Made by a program: the position numbers and the translations under genes. From Mobula hypostoma (Eukaryota), in contig NC_086097.1 of NCBI RefSeq assembly GCF_963921235.1, positions 150,538,001-150,602,000 of the forward strand: a DNA stretch of 64,000 nt. The letters run 5' to 3'. Numbering within the stretch: position 1 is the stretch's first letter; every line of letters begins with the position of its first letter. The notes under the pieces were generated by a model, which was given only the letters and a program-made list of their open reading frames with translations, searched no databases and was not told the origin of the DNA. Shown piece after piece: positions 1 through 13,181 of this stretch.

Positions 1-1165
1 TAGCATGGGTGAAGCATTGGCTGGTCGGCAGAAAGCAGAGAGTGGGAATAAAGGGATTCTATTCTGGCTGGCTGCCAGTTACCAGTGGAGTTTTGCAGGG
101 ATCGGTGTTGGGACCGCTGCTTTTTACAATGTATGTCAATGATTTGGACTATGGGATTAATGGATTTGTGGCTAAGTTTGTCGGTGATACAAAGATAGGT
201 AGAGGAGCGGGTAGTGTTGAGGAAACAGAGAGCCTGCAGAGAGACTTAAGACAGTTTAGGGAAATGGGCAAAGAAGTGGCAAATGAAATAGACAATAGAC
301 AATAGGTGCAGGAGTAGGCCATTTGGCCCTTCGAGCCAGCACCACCATTCACTGTGATCATGGCTGAAATACTATGTTGGAAAGTGTATGGTCATGCTTT
401 TTGGTGGAAGAAATAAACGGGCAGACTATTATTTAGATGAGGAGAGAATTCAAAATGCAGAGACGCAAAGGGACTTGGGAGTCCTTGTGCAGGATACCCT
501 AAAGGTTAACCTCCAGGTTGAGTCAGTGGTGAAGAAGGCAAATGCAATGTTGGCATTCATTTCTAGAGCTATAGAATCTAAGAACAGGGATGTGATGTTG
601 AGGCTCTACAAGGCACTCGTGAGCCCACACTTGGGGCTCCTTATTTTAGAAAGGATATACTGACATTGGAGGGGGTTCAGAGAAGATTCATGAGAATGAT
701 TCCAAGAATGAAAGGGATACCATATGAGGAATGTCTGGCAGCTCTTGGGCTGTATTCCCTGGAATTCAGGAGAATGAGGGGGGATCTCATAGAAACATTC
801 AGAATGTTAAAAGGCCTGAACAGATTAGATATGGCAAAGTTATTTCCATGGTAGGGGATTCTACGACCAGAGTGCATGACCAGGTTGAAGGACGTCCTTT
901 TAGAACTGAGATGCGGAGAAATCACTTTAGTCAGAGGGTGGTAAATCTGTGGAATTTGTTGTCACTATTCGCTGTGGAGGCCAAGTCATTGGGTGTATTT
1001 AAGGCAGAGATAGATAGGTTCTTGATTAGCCAAGGCATCAAAGGGTATGGGGTAAAAGCAGGGGAGTGGGGAAGACTGGAAGAATTGGATCAACCCATGA
1101 TTGAATGGCTGGCAGACTTGATGGGCTGAATGGCCTACTTATGATCCTATATCTTATGGTCTTAT
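1..1165 (+). mobile_element. CR1 LINE 3' portion (RT C-terminus and 3' UTR), frameshifted
   Basis: ORF pieces VTSGVLQGSVLGPLLF..AKFVGDTK, KKANAMLAFI, LEFRRMRGDLIE, FSQRVVNLWN; 3' UTR motif GGGCTGAATGGCCT. Confidence 0.92.
291..364 (-). mobile_element. 74-bp CR1 3' end inserted in the opposite orientation into a CR1
   Basis: GACAATAGACAATAGGTGCAGGAGTAGGCC..., the same terminus as at 18129; flanked by TGAAATA at 284-290 and 365-371. Confidence 0.85.
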
Positions 1166-1525
1166 GGAATGAAATAATGAGCCACCTTCTTGAACAACGT
1201 TGTATTGTTACGTGGGACAGAGTGCCTGGCAATGTTATTTTGAATTTTTATAGAACACTGGAATACATAAGCCAATCTGAACTTGAGGTGGAGTGTAATG
1301 GCACTGGACTGGGGCAGGAAAAATTACTAGAAAGCCTCTGGGAATGAGGAATTTCAAATTTGTAGATAAATTACTTAATCGACTTTCTTAAGTGACCAAA
1401 GTCAGTGTGAACTGGTAATAACACGTCCTCCACACAATGGCACCTTAAGGATATATGGCTCTATTAGCCATATATCCTTAATATTAGCCAATATCCTTAA
1501 TATTAGCCAATGGCTCTATTCTCTC

Positions 1526-2120
1526 TGTAACATCCTGAGAAAGGTTTCACTGCTCATGTATTGGTCTTTCTGCAGAAGCACTGCTAATGTAATGGTTGTT
1601 CTGTAGCAACAGTGCTTGGGTTATGGCTAGAGATAATGGGGGTTTTGGAATGTGCGCTGCCAATGAAGGGAGTGTTTTTTTCTTGTTGTGTGCCTGAGAC
1701 CAAGGTGATCTGAGTCTTTTGCTTGGTGGAAGATGGAGAGAGAAGATACCAGAAAGGAGATGTCGTAGATACCAAAAAGAAGTGGACTTGAAGTGGGGCC
1801 AGGAGTCAACGAAGCCTGGGGAAATCGATGGAGGACCAGCGGAAAGGAAACCGTGGGCTCCAACTTGTGCACATTAGACTATTTCATTAAAATGGGCCCT
1901 TTTCTTTTTGTTTTACTTTACTAACCCTTTAGTCAAATTAAGAATTATAATTGCATAAGGGGTACTGTCTGTTATTTCGTGGTATTGATTTGTAACAGGG
2001 GAACATCTCATGCAGCATTCACACAAACAGGAGGCTTTGCACCCCCATCTCATATGTTTTTGATGGGTCCAGAGATTGTCTTTCCTAGACTTATGCAGCC
2101 GACAGAATCTGAGGGTTATA
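1526..2120. mobile_element. Probable solo LTR
   Basis: Begins TGTAACA and ends GGGTTATA (degenerate ...TTACA); flanks TCTC/ACTC resemble a 4-bp TSD with one mismatch; no coding remnant. Confidence 0.45.
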
Positions 2121-2179
2121 ACTCCACACTCATAACAGTATGGCAAACTTCAGTTAAAACACCATTTATCAATTCACTA

Positions 2180-2372
2180 ACATCAGCGGTGGAACAGGTG
2201 ATCAGCTTCACATTACTGGGTGTCAACATCTCAGACAACCTATCCTGGGCTCAATACATTAATGCAACCACAAAGAAGGGACAGCAGCAGCTCTACTTTG
2301 TTAGGAGTTTGAGAAGATTCAGCATGTTATCAAAGAATCAAGTAAATTTCTATAAATATATCGAGGAGATAT
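2180..2372 (+). mobile_element. Rex1/Babar-like LINE fragment (RT C-terminal region)
   Basis: VEQVISFTLLGVNISDNLSWAQYINATTKKGQQQLYFVRSLRRF. Confidence 0.8.
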
Positions 2373-2640
2373 CATGATATCAAATTACCTTGAGAATTAA
2401 CAAAGTAGTAAAATTCTAAACAAGCAACAATATGACCCTCCAAAAATAAAAGTCTTAATAATTTTTCCAATTCTTCTTATGTTCTATTGATGTTGACTGT
2501 GTAGACCAGTTCTGGTTAAATGGAAGTTAAGAACTTGTTGAATAATATGTCAGCAATAGGTTGTGTCTGGAGTGAGGGGATGGGGCCAGAGGTGGAAACA
2601 TACCAAATTAAGTTACAGTTACCTATGCACTTGTTCATAC

Positions 2641-2790
2641 CTTCGTGGGCCCAAATATGGCGCTGTAGGTCAGTGCCATTCTTCCGAAAATAGCAGTCAC
2701 AGTAAGGACATTTTACTGCTCGTTTTCCAATCAATCCTTTAAGTTGTACCCGTTTTCCCAGAATTTCAGAGATGGTGCTCATGGGAACTT
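2641..2790 (-). CDS. ZFAT: ZFAT internal coding exon
   Basis: (E)VPMSTISEILGKRVQLKGLIGKRAVKCPYCDCYFRKNGTDLQRHIWAHE+G. Acceptor ctgcag|AA, donor AAG|gtatga; 150 nt. Confidence 0.95.
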
Positions 2791-5577
2791 CTGCAGATAG
2801 ATGTTGAAAAGGTTTAAATCAGAGTGACTTTATAACTTGTGCATCAATAGTTGCTGTTAAAATGAAAGTGTGAGACCATGAGCAGGTATGTAGAAAAATG
2901 GGAGATTCGCTGGTTGAAGGATTACAGAGTAATGATGATAAGTACACACTCTTATTTACATTTCAAACAGCAGGAATCAAGAAAATCTATATCATCAGAG
3001 GAAATTATCAAATTGAGAGTTGGAGGTGTATTTTACATTAACATATTACACTGTACATGGAACGTGTTGGAAAATATATTTAAAATTAAGCACATCAGAA
3101 AGATCATGTGCACTCTACAAAAATAAATTCGTCCTTGGATTGACAGCAAATAAATGAGCAATTTGTGCATTGTATTCAACGTTCTAATGGTGGTTTCAGT
3201 GCTTTTGCTTCAATAACAAGTTTCTTTTCCTTTCAAGGATATTGGACTTTAAATTAAAATATTATCAGAATTCTTGATTGGAGTCAACATTGTAACACCA
3301 AGGATATAGAAATTCAAATGTCGACTATTATTCTTGCACTTCATTGCCAGGTATTCCCTTGGTCTTGGTGATGGTGAAAGTGTGGATGGGATTACTAGCT
3401 GTGGGGAAGTGTGATCAACTGGCAAGACACAGGACAAAACATCTGTGTGTGGGTCAGGGGAGAATGGAGAGAATTGTTGGGAAACATTGGTTACATCACC
3501 TGAATGAGTGAAATACCATCACAGTCACTTCTGTCAATAGCCAACTGTGGAAAATCAACAGCCCTTAATTTCTTTTAATATGAGATCTAACCACACCCTT
3601 CCTTAGAGTATTGAATACAACACCAATAACAAGCCCTCCACTTGCTTATCCGATTTAAAAAAGTCAGAGCTAATATTTACCTTGTATATATTTCAAAGCT
3701 ATCCTGATATATCTTGATCATCTTTACATTCAAAAATATCTCTGTCTCAATGACTTGCACATTTCTGTGGTTGACAATTCCAAAAAATTCAAAACCGAGA
3801 AATGAAATTTATTTTCATCTCTATTGCATAAGGCTGAATTATTCTCTCTTTCCTTAATTCTAAATTTTTTCATAGAGAAACAGCATTTTGGCATCTGTCC
3901 TGCCAACTTTTCAAAGAATCTTGTATTCATTTTTTTTGCCAGATCAGTTCATATTCTTCAGAATTTACATTCTTCCAATCATAAAAATTAACATCATGAT
4001 CATGGAAAATATTGACCATTTTGGGAGCCATCTTTTGCAAACATTGTGTTAGCTCCATCATTCATGGCTAATTCTACTGTAGCGTTAATTTGATGTTCTT
4101 CCAAATTCCAGTAACCTTTTTGTTCTTTCTTCTTATTAAAGATCTATCTATGTGTGCCTTAACAATACAGAAACACACTGCTTCCAAAAACCTTTCAGGA
4201 AGAGCGCTCTGTAGATACACAATGTAATGAGAGAGAGAAAAAAAACTGCACATTTCGGCATCAACTGGACAAATTGTTACTCTAGTTGTAGGTTATTCCA
4301 CAAAAGATACATCACCTTTATATCCCCTCAAAAAATTGTATATTCCAAAGTCATATTTAAAGGGAAAATTTTACCTCCTCTCTGTTTAACTAGGTGATAC
4401 CTCATTTTAAAGAAGTGACCGCTAGCATTTTACTTCAATGTAAAAAGTAAGTTTGCCAAACCTGCCTCACTGATTTAATAGGAACATAGAAATTCTGCAG
4501 TCCCTTGCATCTGTTCTAAAAATGAATCATATCTGAGCTGTAGTGTAACTTCACCTGCCAAGTTTGAATAATGCTACTTCACAAATATTTTTCAGTCTTG
4601 AGTTTAAAGGTATCTGTCATTAAAACAAGATGTCTACATTAATTCAAGAAACAAACTGCAAGTTTTGTACAGTGCATTGACCATACCATCTGTATATTTG
4701 GAAGTTCCACCCTTTAGTCCTTGCTAACATATTTGGTCAAAAACCCTATACTCCTTTAAATGACTTCCACTGCTCTATGCCTAATTGCCATGGAAAACTT
4801 ACATGAATGACTACAACAGCACTCAGTGAAGCCAAAGGTTGATTTGGTGGCTGAGGAAATAATTTCTCTATTCGCAGTGCATTATATTAGCAACACATGT
4901 CACCCAAAAATGAGGGCATTTGCTGATGCTATTTTATGGGATCTCTGATACACATGACATCTTACACATAAAAGGACAAAAGTAGCAGGCTCAAAGAAAT
5001 GCTACCACCATGAGTTGACTCCAAGTTGCACCATTCTGCTGTATTTTCTGACTAGGGTATACAATATCTTGTTGATTGCTGGGCTTAAACACTGGAACTG
5101 TATCATTACTGTGGGATTATCATCACTATTGCAACATTTTAAATAGGTGATTCATCTTTGGAGGGCTCTCTAGAAAAGACCAATAAACTTAGGCTGCCAA
5201 GCACACACCACATACTGTAGTCACTTAGTGGAGGATTTCCCACCAGGAGAAGAGTTAATCAAGTGCTTCACAGGAGTTGATCACTTTACTTTATTCATTC
5301 ATCAAAAAATATATTAGCATGGGATGACTTCTTGGATGAATACTGTCCAAATCCACAAGTTCCTGGAACGCCTGTAACATTATGTTCCGGTGGGAATTCT
5401 ATAGTGATGAAGCTTAGGTTTTCTCTCGATAATTTGAATTTAAATTCCATTTTTTTCTTCTCAACACCTAGAGCAGTTATTTACGTCCATCAAAGCACTC
5501 GAGTTCCTAAAAACAAATATGATACTCCAACCAACTGTATCTGATTCCATGGGTTTATTCAAGATCAACAAAGTATA

Positions 5578-5753
5578 TCACACAAAATGCTGGAGGAACT
5601 CAGCAGGTCAGGCAGCATCTATAGAAAAGAGAAGGGCCTCAGGCTGAAGTGTCGACTATACTCTTTTTAATAGATGCTGCCTGGCTTGCTGAGTTCCTCC
5701 AGCATTTTGTGTGTTGCTTGGATTTTCAGCATCTGCAGATTTTCTCTTGTTTG
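5578..5753. mobile_element. Short palindromic Penelope-derived element with 13-bp TSD
   Basis: Arms 5579-~5631 and ~5661-5713 are near reverse complements and resemble the termini of the Penelope element at 38382-40813. TCAACAAAGTATA at 5565-5577 and 5754-5766. Confidence 0.85.
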
Positions 5754-6643
5754 TCAACAAAGTATACGCCTTCTTTACTAAAAGATTCTCATTTATGGAC
5801 TTAACGTTGGAAATGATGAATAGAAACTTCCACTCCATGAACAAGCTTAGCTAGTCATAGAGATATTGAGACATGAAGCATAGAAACTGGATCTTTGACC
5901 TTTCCAAGTTGTTTCTGATCCTCAGGTACTTTGTCTGTATGAGAGTACTTGCCTCCATGATCCACTCAGACAATGTCTTCCAAATGCACTTTCAGTGAAA
6001 TAAATTCTTGCTAAGATCACTTCTAAAGTTCTTATAATCTTACCCTAGATCTAGGGCTGACTTTAGAGTCCTCTACTATGAAAAAAGCTTTCTACTATGT
6101 ATCCTATCAATGCCATTCATAATTTTGTGATCTTCACTACCCCCTCATCAGACCCTGTAAAACTAAACCAGCCTACCCTGTTTCTCTGAACAATTTAAAC
6201 ATACCAACTCAGAAAACATACATTTTCCATACATCCTTGCCACTTCAATTATATCCTTCCCACAGTGTGGCTACTAGAACCTTACACAATAGTCAAGCGT
6301 AGCCGAATCAACATTTTCTATAGGTGTACTATGATTGCCACGCCCTTACATTTGAAGCCCCAGTACTGAAGGCAAGTATCCTCACTACATTTGCTGTTTG
6401 TGTAGCTGCCTTTGGGGATCTTTGTCAATATATGCAATACAGCCATTTTGTACTTGATTTTTTTTTTAGCACTAAGTAGGGTAGGACATGTAATAGGAAT
6501 TTTAGCACTAAATACCTATTCTTCATGTACACATTGTGTTACTTAACTTTCATGCTTGGCAAATATTCAGTAACTTACTTCAATTTTAGGAACAACCTTA
6601 TCTTTCACTCAGTGACAAGATAGAATAGGCTGTAATAACTCAC

Positions 6644-6731
6644 CTGGGTGATATGTGGTGATGTGACACTTGATTAGTCGATCATCCGTAAAGGATTTCT
6701 CACAGACGGGACAATTGTATGTTTTCTTATC
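6644..6731 (-). CDS. ZFAT: ZFAT internal coding exon (one C2H2 finger; too short for the ORF track)
   Basis: Manual translation DKKTYNCPVCEKSFTDDRLIKCHITTYHP+G. Acceptor attcag|GAT, donor CAG|gtgagt; 88 nt; phase matches both neighbours. Confidence 0.93.
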
Positions 6732-7809
6732 CTGAATAGGTACATTGCAAAATAGAAAGAGCAAGTTGTCAAAATAACCACGTTTTCTTTTGACTTACTT
6801 TCTAACTGTATTTTGCTAGAAGCATTTTAACACTTACACCTTGCTTTTTATACGCAATCTTGTATAAACTACAATTTGCCAGCATTTCACCTTTGAGTCT
6901 CAGTCCAGTCCTCACTCACTGCAATGTTGGACTCTCACTTCCACTGTTCTTAAATGTCATTTGTGTGTGCAGTTACATTACCAAATCGCATGGTGCTTGC
7001 TTATGTCATTTCATTGGAAGCTGGATCAAAAAGTCATGACTGCTGACCTTTAAGTTAACATTTTAAAGAGGAGCAAATTACATAACCAGTCAGCATTTGC
7101 GTACGAGTTAAAGTGCCCTGGAAGGAGGAGCAATGCTTTAGCAACAGATTTTTCTAGGATTACCTCTATATGCTGTCATTTTCTGCACAGATGTCACCGG
7201 AAAAGATGCTGGTGTGCTTAACACTTATATTATAACTACTGAGGTGATCATCATTGTTTAACTTGTAGCAACTTACAACCAGTTATGCAAGGGAATCAAT
7301 TAAGTCAAAGAATTGGGGATGGGAAAAATCCCATCTCCAGTCCCATTTCAGAGGAACAATTTTACCCTCCCTTGAGTCCAAACCCACCATTTTTGAGCAG
7401 CCCCGCCTTAGTTTTATCACATCATTACTTTTACGGCTAAAACACATCTGTCAGTTGTCAGAGCAGGAATAACTTGATGATTGGAAGGTCTTCCTGTGGT
7501 TTGGAAATACGCAGGTAATGTTTCACTGAGGGAAAAAGTCTGCAAAAGCACCTTTAATATTTTTAATAATGTAAATTTTGCTAAGTTATCATTTATTCTG
7601 GATCCCCTGAAGGATGTTAGACCAATTTTGCACACCAAATAAATGAGTGAAACTCATTTTCTAAGCAAATATGCCCACGGTGGTGGTTTGCCAGATTGTG
7701 CTTTTCTGTATCATATATATGAATTTCATGATGTGGATATCTCTCACACAACAGAACATGGTCACCCCCATTTGAAATAAAGGCCTTTCCTTCCTCAAGG
7801 GATCTGTAA

Positions 7810-8030
7810 AAGGCCTCCGGTGAAATAATGCATTCTGTGCGCATATCAAGAGCATGAGCATAGCCAGAGAAAATGTGAACCCCTCAGATACCAAAGGGAT
7901 AATCTACTTATGAAGCCAGGAGATGTGGGTGAAGTCCTGACTGAATATTTCTCATCTGTATTCATCAAAGACAAGGATGTGGAAGAGCAAGTTCAGGGAA
8001 GAGAATGTGGATAATCTGGAGCAGATCGGC
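7810..8030 (+). mobile_element. Old CR1 ORF2 mid-region fragment
   Basis: Degenerate GEVLTEYFSSVFIKDKDV, comparable to ELNRYFGPVFT in the CR1 at 19720-19950. Confidence 0.6.
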
Positions 8031-8379
8031 ATTACTGATTTCATAAGGGTTAATATATCTTCTCTATAGAGGTTTGAATCAAGAGACATTTAATCAAGAT
8101 GGTGTCGGTGAAAAGCAGTGAGAATTTACAGGCATCATACATAACATTGAAGTATACTTCTTCTGAATTACTCTCATGGCAAGCTGCAGCCTGTAAATTC
8201 CCTTAAGTATCACATTTCCAAGCCGTCCTAATGGACGAGCGATTGCACAATCTTCTGAAGGACTTGGCGGTCTTAACTCCCAAGAATGCAGGTACAACAC
8301 CTTTGAACGGATGAAGGTACATCACCATGGCCGTAAGAGAGGGAGGAGGGGATGGCTCAAGCCAGACTAAAATGCTGGG

Positions 8380-11075
8380 GTATGAAACTTCCTCTACCTG
8401 GTACCTTGTTAGCAAATGTACACCCTGGAGAACAAGATTGAGAAATTAACAGCAAGATTATTGTATCGAATGGAAATGAGGGATTGCTACATTCTGTATT
8501 TCACAGAAACATGATTAACGCAAGCCACGCCAAATTCAGCAATCAGACCTGGGAGCTTCTCAGTAAACGGGATAAACCAGACTGCCGATTCAGTGAAGGC
8601 AAAAGGTAAGGTCAGTGATTGATGATAAATTCTTTGTGGTGCCCGAATACAGCAGTCTTATCTTACTCTTGTTGACCTTGAGCAAAAGAGTTCTCTCTCA
8701 TGATCCTGACCTAAGTTTACATACCATCTAAGACAAATGTTAAGCAAGCACTCGAGGTACTGAGTGCCGCCATCAGCCTATCCCGGCACCTTTCAAATTA
8801 TTGTCAGTAACTTCAATCAGGTTTGTTTGAAGAAATCATCAACATACCATCTGCAGCACTAGGGGTCCCAACACATTCGAGCACTGCTATAGTACCATAT
8901 GCAATGCACACTGTTTGATCCCTAGACTGTATTTTGGCAAATCTGATCATTTGGATCGTCTGGCTGAACTTCTCCTACATGCTGTATGCATGAAGAAAGA
9001 CTGAATGAAGAAAAGAACAGTACTCCTGGGAATTCCTGGGGAGTTAGAGGCCAAAGAGCAATGCTCCAGGAGTAAGGACAACAAAGGGGTGGTCGTGGGA
9101 GGCAGAGGAATGGCTATGGGATTGTTTCAAATCGCTGGATCAGAGGATCTGAACAAATACACCATGGTTGTCACAGACTTTATAAAAACAGTTGAGATGA
9201 GTGTGTCCCCAGAAAATAATTCACAGTCTACCCCAATCAGAAACCCTAGATGAATCATGAGATCCACAATCTGCAGAGCACTAGATTAGTGGCATTCAGT
9301 TTTGGTGCTCATGTAAAATACCTGAGGTTCACTTATGATATCCGGAGAGCCATCTCACATGAGAAGTAGCAATTCTGGACTAAAAGTGAACGTGAAGTTA
9401 TTCACTTTGGTGGCAAAAATAGGAAAACAGATTATTATCTGAATGGTGGCCGATTAGGAAAAGGGGAGGTGCAACGAGACCTGGGTGTCATTATACACCA
9501 GTCATTGAAAGTGGGCATGCAGGTACAGCAGGCGGTGAAAAAGGCGAATGGTATGCTGGCATTTATAGCGAGAGGATTCGAGTACAGGAGCAGGGAGGTA
9601 CTACTGCAGTTGTACAAGGCCTTGGTGAGACCACACCTGGAGTATTGTGTGCAGTTTTGGTCCCCTAATCTGAGGAAAGACATCTTTGCCATAGAGGGAG
9701 TACAAAGAAGGTTCACCAGATTGATTCCTGGGATGGCAGGACTTTCATATGAAGAAAGACTGGATGAACTGGGCTTGTACTCGTTGGAATTTAGAAGATT
9801 GAGGGGGGATCTGATTGAAACGTATAAGATCCTAAAAGGATTGGACAGGCTAGATGCAGGAAGATTGTTCCCGATGTTGGGGAAGTCCAGAACGAGGGGT
9901 CACAGTTTGAGGATAGAGGGGAAGCCTTTTAGGACCGAGATTAGGAAAAACTTCTTCACACAGAGAGTGGTGAATCTGTGGAATTCTCTGCCACAGGAAA
10001 CTGTTGAGGCCAGTTCATTGGCTATATTTAAGAGGGAGTTAGATATGGCTCTTGTGGCTACGGGGGTCGGGGGTATGGAGGGAAGGCTGGGGCGGGGTTC
10101 TGAGTTGGATGATCAGCCATGATCATAATAAATGGCGGTGCAGGCTCGAAGGGCCGAATGGCCTACTCCTGCACCTATTTTCTATGTTTCTATGTTTCTA
10201 TGACTAAAGGATGCTTGAAAGCTGTGGCAGGACATGGAGGCACTCACCTTCTACAAAGTGAAACCAAGCAACATAGATGACAACAAGGATTCGCTCCAAG
10301 ATGAGCTCAGTGCCTCTACTGTCACTGGTGGAATCAAAGGTAGTGATGAATCAGCAAAAGGGAGGGAGATTGAAAACCTGTCTGAGTGGTGCCATAACAA
10401 CCACTTACTCAATGTCAGTAAGACCAAGGAGCTGGTTATTGACTTCAGGAGGGGGAAATTGGAGATCAATGAGCCAGTCCTCATCAGGGAATCAGAAATG
10501 GAGAGCGTCAGCAACTTTAAATTCCTTGGTGTCATCATTTCAGAGGATGTGTACTGAGTCCAGCACTTAAGTTAGAGGCAGCTCCTCTACCTTCTTAGAA
10601 GTTTTAGAAGTTTGTGAAAATTTAGTATGTCAAATTTCTACAGATGTTTGGTGGAGAGTATATTGACTGATTGCATCACACCCTGGTATGGAAACACCAG
10701 TGCCCTTGAATAGAAAATCCTACAAAAAGTATTGGATATGGCCCAGTCCATCACCCGTAAACCGCATCCCATCACTGAACACATCGACATGGAGCGCTGT
10801 CACAGGAAAGTAACATCTATCATCAATGGTCACCATGATCCACGCCATGCTTTCTTCTTGCTGCTTCCATAAGGAAGAAGGTACAGGAGACTCAGGATCC
10901 ACACCACCAGGTTCAGGTACTGTTATTACCCCTCACCCATCAGACTTCTGAACCAGAGGGGATAACTCCACCCACCCCATCACTGAACTGCTTCCGCAAC
11001 CTATGGTCTGACTTTCAAGGATTCTTTACAGTGACACATTGTACTTTGATAATAAACTTACTTTGAACTTTGAAA
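8380..11075 (+). mobile_element. Rex1/Babar-like LINE, internally deleted and interrupted by a CR1
   Basis: APE-type N-terminus (LLANV..ENKI..LTARLLY..EMRDCYILYFTET) from ~8390. RT C-terminus ([38 protein letters not shown]) at 10320-10560. Most of the RT core is missing at a junction near 10315. 3' tail TGAACTTTGA. Confidence 0.8.
9391..10202 (+). mobile_element. Young 5'-truncated CR1 LINE
   Basis: Uninterrupted 217-aa ORF2 C-terminus (LVRPHLEYCVQFWSP, RRLRGDLIETYKI); 3' UTR GGGCCGAATGGCCT; (TTTCTATG)n tail. Confidence 0.93.
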
Positions 11076-11402
11076 TCTATAAGGCAAGATGACATCTATC
11101 CCATGCTGCTCTGTGAAACAAGGGAGGTTGCTCAGGCCATAAAAGCAATTTTTCCATTTACAGGTGAGGAGACAGAGAACTGGAAAGTAGCTAATGCTTT
11201 TCCTTTGTGCTTTCCAGACTAACTTCTCACTGTATCCTGGCATAAGTTTAAGGAGGAGATCAAGAAGAAAACTTGTAACTACACAATGGTGGTCTCTATC
11301 TCTGTGATAAGGAAATTTTTGGGATAAATCCTAACAGATAGAATTTATGTACATTTGGAAAGGAAGAGGTTGTCAAGCTGGCCTTTGTGCGAGGGAAATA
11401 TT

Positions 11403-12875
11403 AGAATCAGAATCAGGTTTATTATCACCGGCATATGTTGTTAAATTTGTTAACTTAGCAGCAACAGTTCAATGTAATACATAATATAGAAGAAGGAAAA
11501 TAAAATAAAATAATAAATAAATAAATAAATAAATTGCAGTATACGTATATTGAATAGATTAAATGTTCCGGATGGCTCTTGACATGTGTTGGCAACAGCA
11601 CATGACGAACATCGAGCTCTATAACGACCAACCGATGCTCACCACTAAAATCGAGACGAAAAGACTGCAACTACTGGGGCACTGTCTAGGCCACCCCAAG
11701 CTACCTGACAGCCTAGTCATCATATGGGAGCCCAAGCATGGGAGGATGAACCCTCGGCGCCCTCCCAAGACTATGGTCAACATGCTCCTAGAAGACAGCA
11801 GCGTGGCTAGTATAGATGAACTGAACACACAGATGAGGGAGAGGGAGAAGTGGAGAGTCCATCATCGTGCCCAACGCCGGCCCCCTAGGCCTGAGTTGAC
11901 GTAGTGGTAGTAGTAGAATAGATTAAAAATCCTACAAAAAACAGAAATATATATTAAAAAAGTGAGGTAGTGTTCACGGGTTCAATGTCCATTTAGGAAT
12001 TGGATGGCAGAGGGGAAGAAGATGTCCCTGAATCGCTGAGTGTGTGTCTTCAGGCTTCTGTACCTCCTGCCTGATGGTAACACTGAGAATAGGGCATGAC
12101 TTTGGTGCTGGAGGTCCTTAACGATGGATGCTGCCTTTCTGAGACATCGCTCCTTGAAGATGTCCTGGGTACTTTGTAGACTAGTACCCAAGATGGAGCT
12201 GACTAAATTTACAACCCTCTGCAGCTTCTTTCGGTCCTGTGCAGTAGCCCCGGCCCCCCCCCCCACCCCCATACCAGACAGTGACGGAACCTGTCAGAAT
12301 GTTCTCCACGGTACATCTATAGAAGTTTTTGAGTGTATTTGCTGACATACCAAATCTCTTCAAACTCCAAATGAAGTATAGATGCTGTCTTGCCTTCATT
12401 ATAACTACATCACTATGTTGGGACACCCAGGAACTTGAAACTGCTCACTCTCTCCAATTCTGATCACTCTATGAGGATTGGTATGTGTTCCTTCATCTTA
12501 CCCTTCCTGAAGTCCACAATCAGGTCTTTGGTCTTACTGACGTTGAGTGCCAGGTTGTTGTTGTGACACCACTCCACTGGTTGGCATATCTCGCTCCTGT
12601 ATTGCCTCTTGTTTCCATCTGAGATTCTACCAACAATGGCTGTATCATCAGCAAACTTATGGATGGTATTTGAGCTATGCCTAGCCCCACAGTCATGAGT
12701 ATAGAGAGAGTTGAGCAATGGGCTAAGCACACACCCTTGAGGTGCACCAGTGTTGATCATCAGTGAGGAGGATATGTTATCACCAATCCACACAGATTGT
12801 GGTCTTCTAGTTAGGAAGTCGAGGATCCAATTGTAGAGGGATGTACAGAGGCCCAGATTCTGTAACTTCTTTTAG
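11403..12875 (-). mobile_element. Rex1/Babar-like LINE 3' half, interrupted by an RTE
   Basis: [44 protein letters not shown]; tail (AGAATC)n at 11403 on the plus strand. Confidence 0.88.
11564..11915 (+). mobile_element. 5'-truncated RTE-clade LINE with (TAG)n tail and 12-bp TSD
   Basis: RMALDMCWQQHMTNIELY..RLQLLGHC..WEPKHGRMNPRRP. GAATAGATTAAA at 11552-11563 and 11916-11927. The uninterrupted site is visible in the paralogous host copy near 15457. Confidence 0.88.
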
Positions 12876-12984
12876 GACTGTGGTTCTCACTAACTTAGCT
12901 GATTTTTCTTCGAGAAGGTAACTAAGAAAATTGCAGGTGGTGTCAATCAGACTGAAAGGGACTTACCCCACATGGTATAAGAAC

Positions 12985-13165
12985 TAGAAATAGGAGCAGG
13001 AGTCAGACATCTGGCCTATCAAGCCTGCTTAACATTCAAAAAGACATGGCTAATCTAGATGTGGACTCAGCTCCAGTTCCCTGCCTTTTCCCCCATAATC
13101 CTTAATTCCCCTGCTTTGAACTGTCTCTTAACTATATTTAATGAGGTAGCCCCTAATGCTCTCCA
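12985..13165 (-). mobile_element. Degraded CR1 3' end
   Basis: AGAAATAGGAGCAGGAGTCAGACATCTGGCC...CCCCATAATCCTT resembles the reverse complement of the CR1 3' UTR. Confidence 0.65.
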
Positions 13166-13181
13166 GTATGCCTGAGAATGA

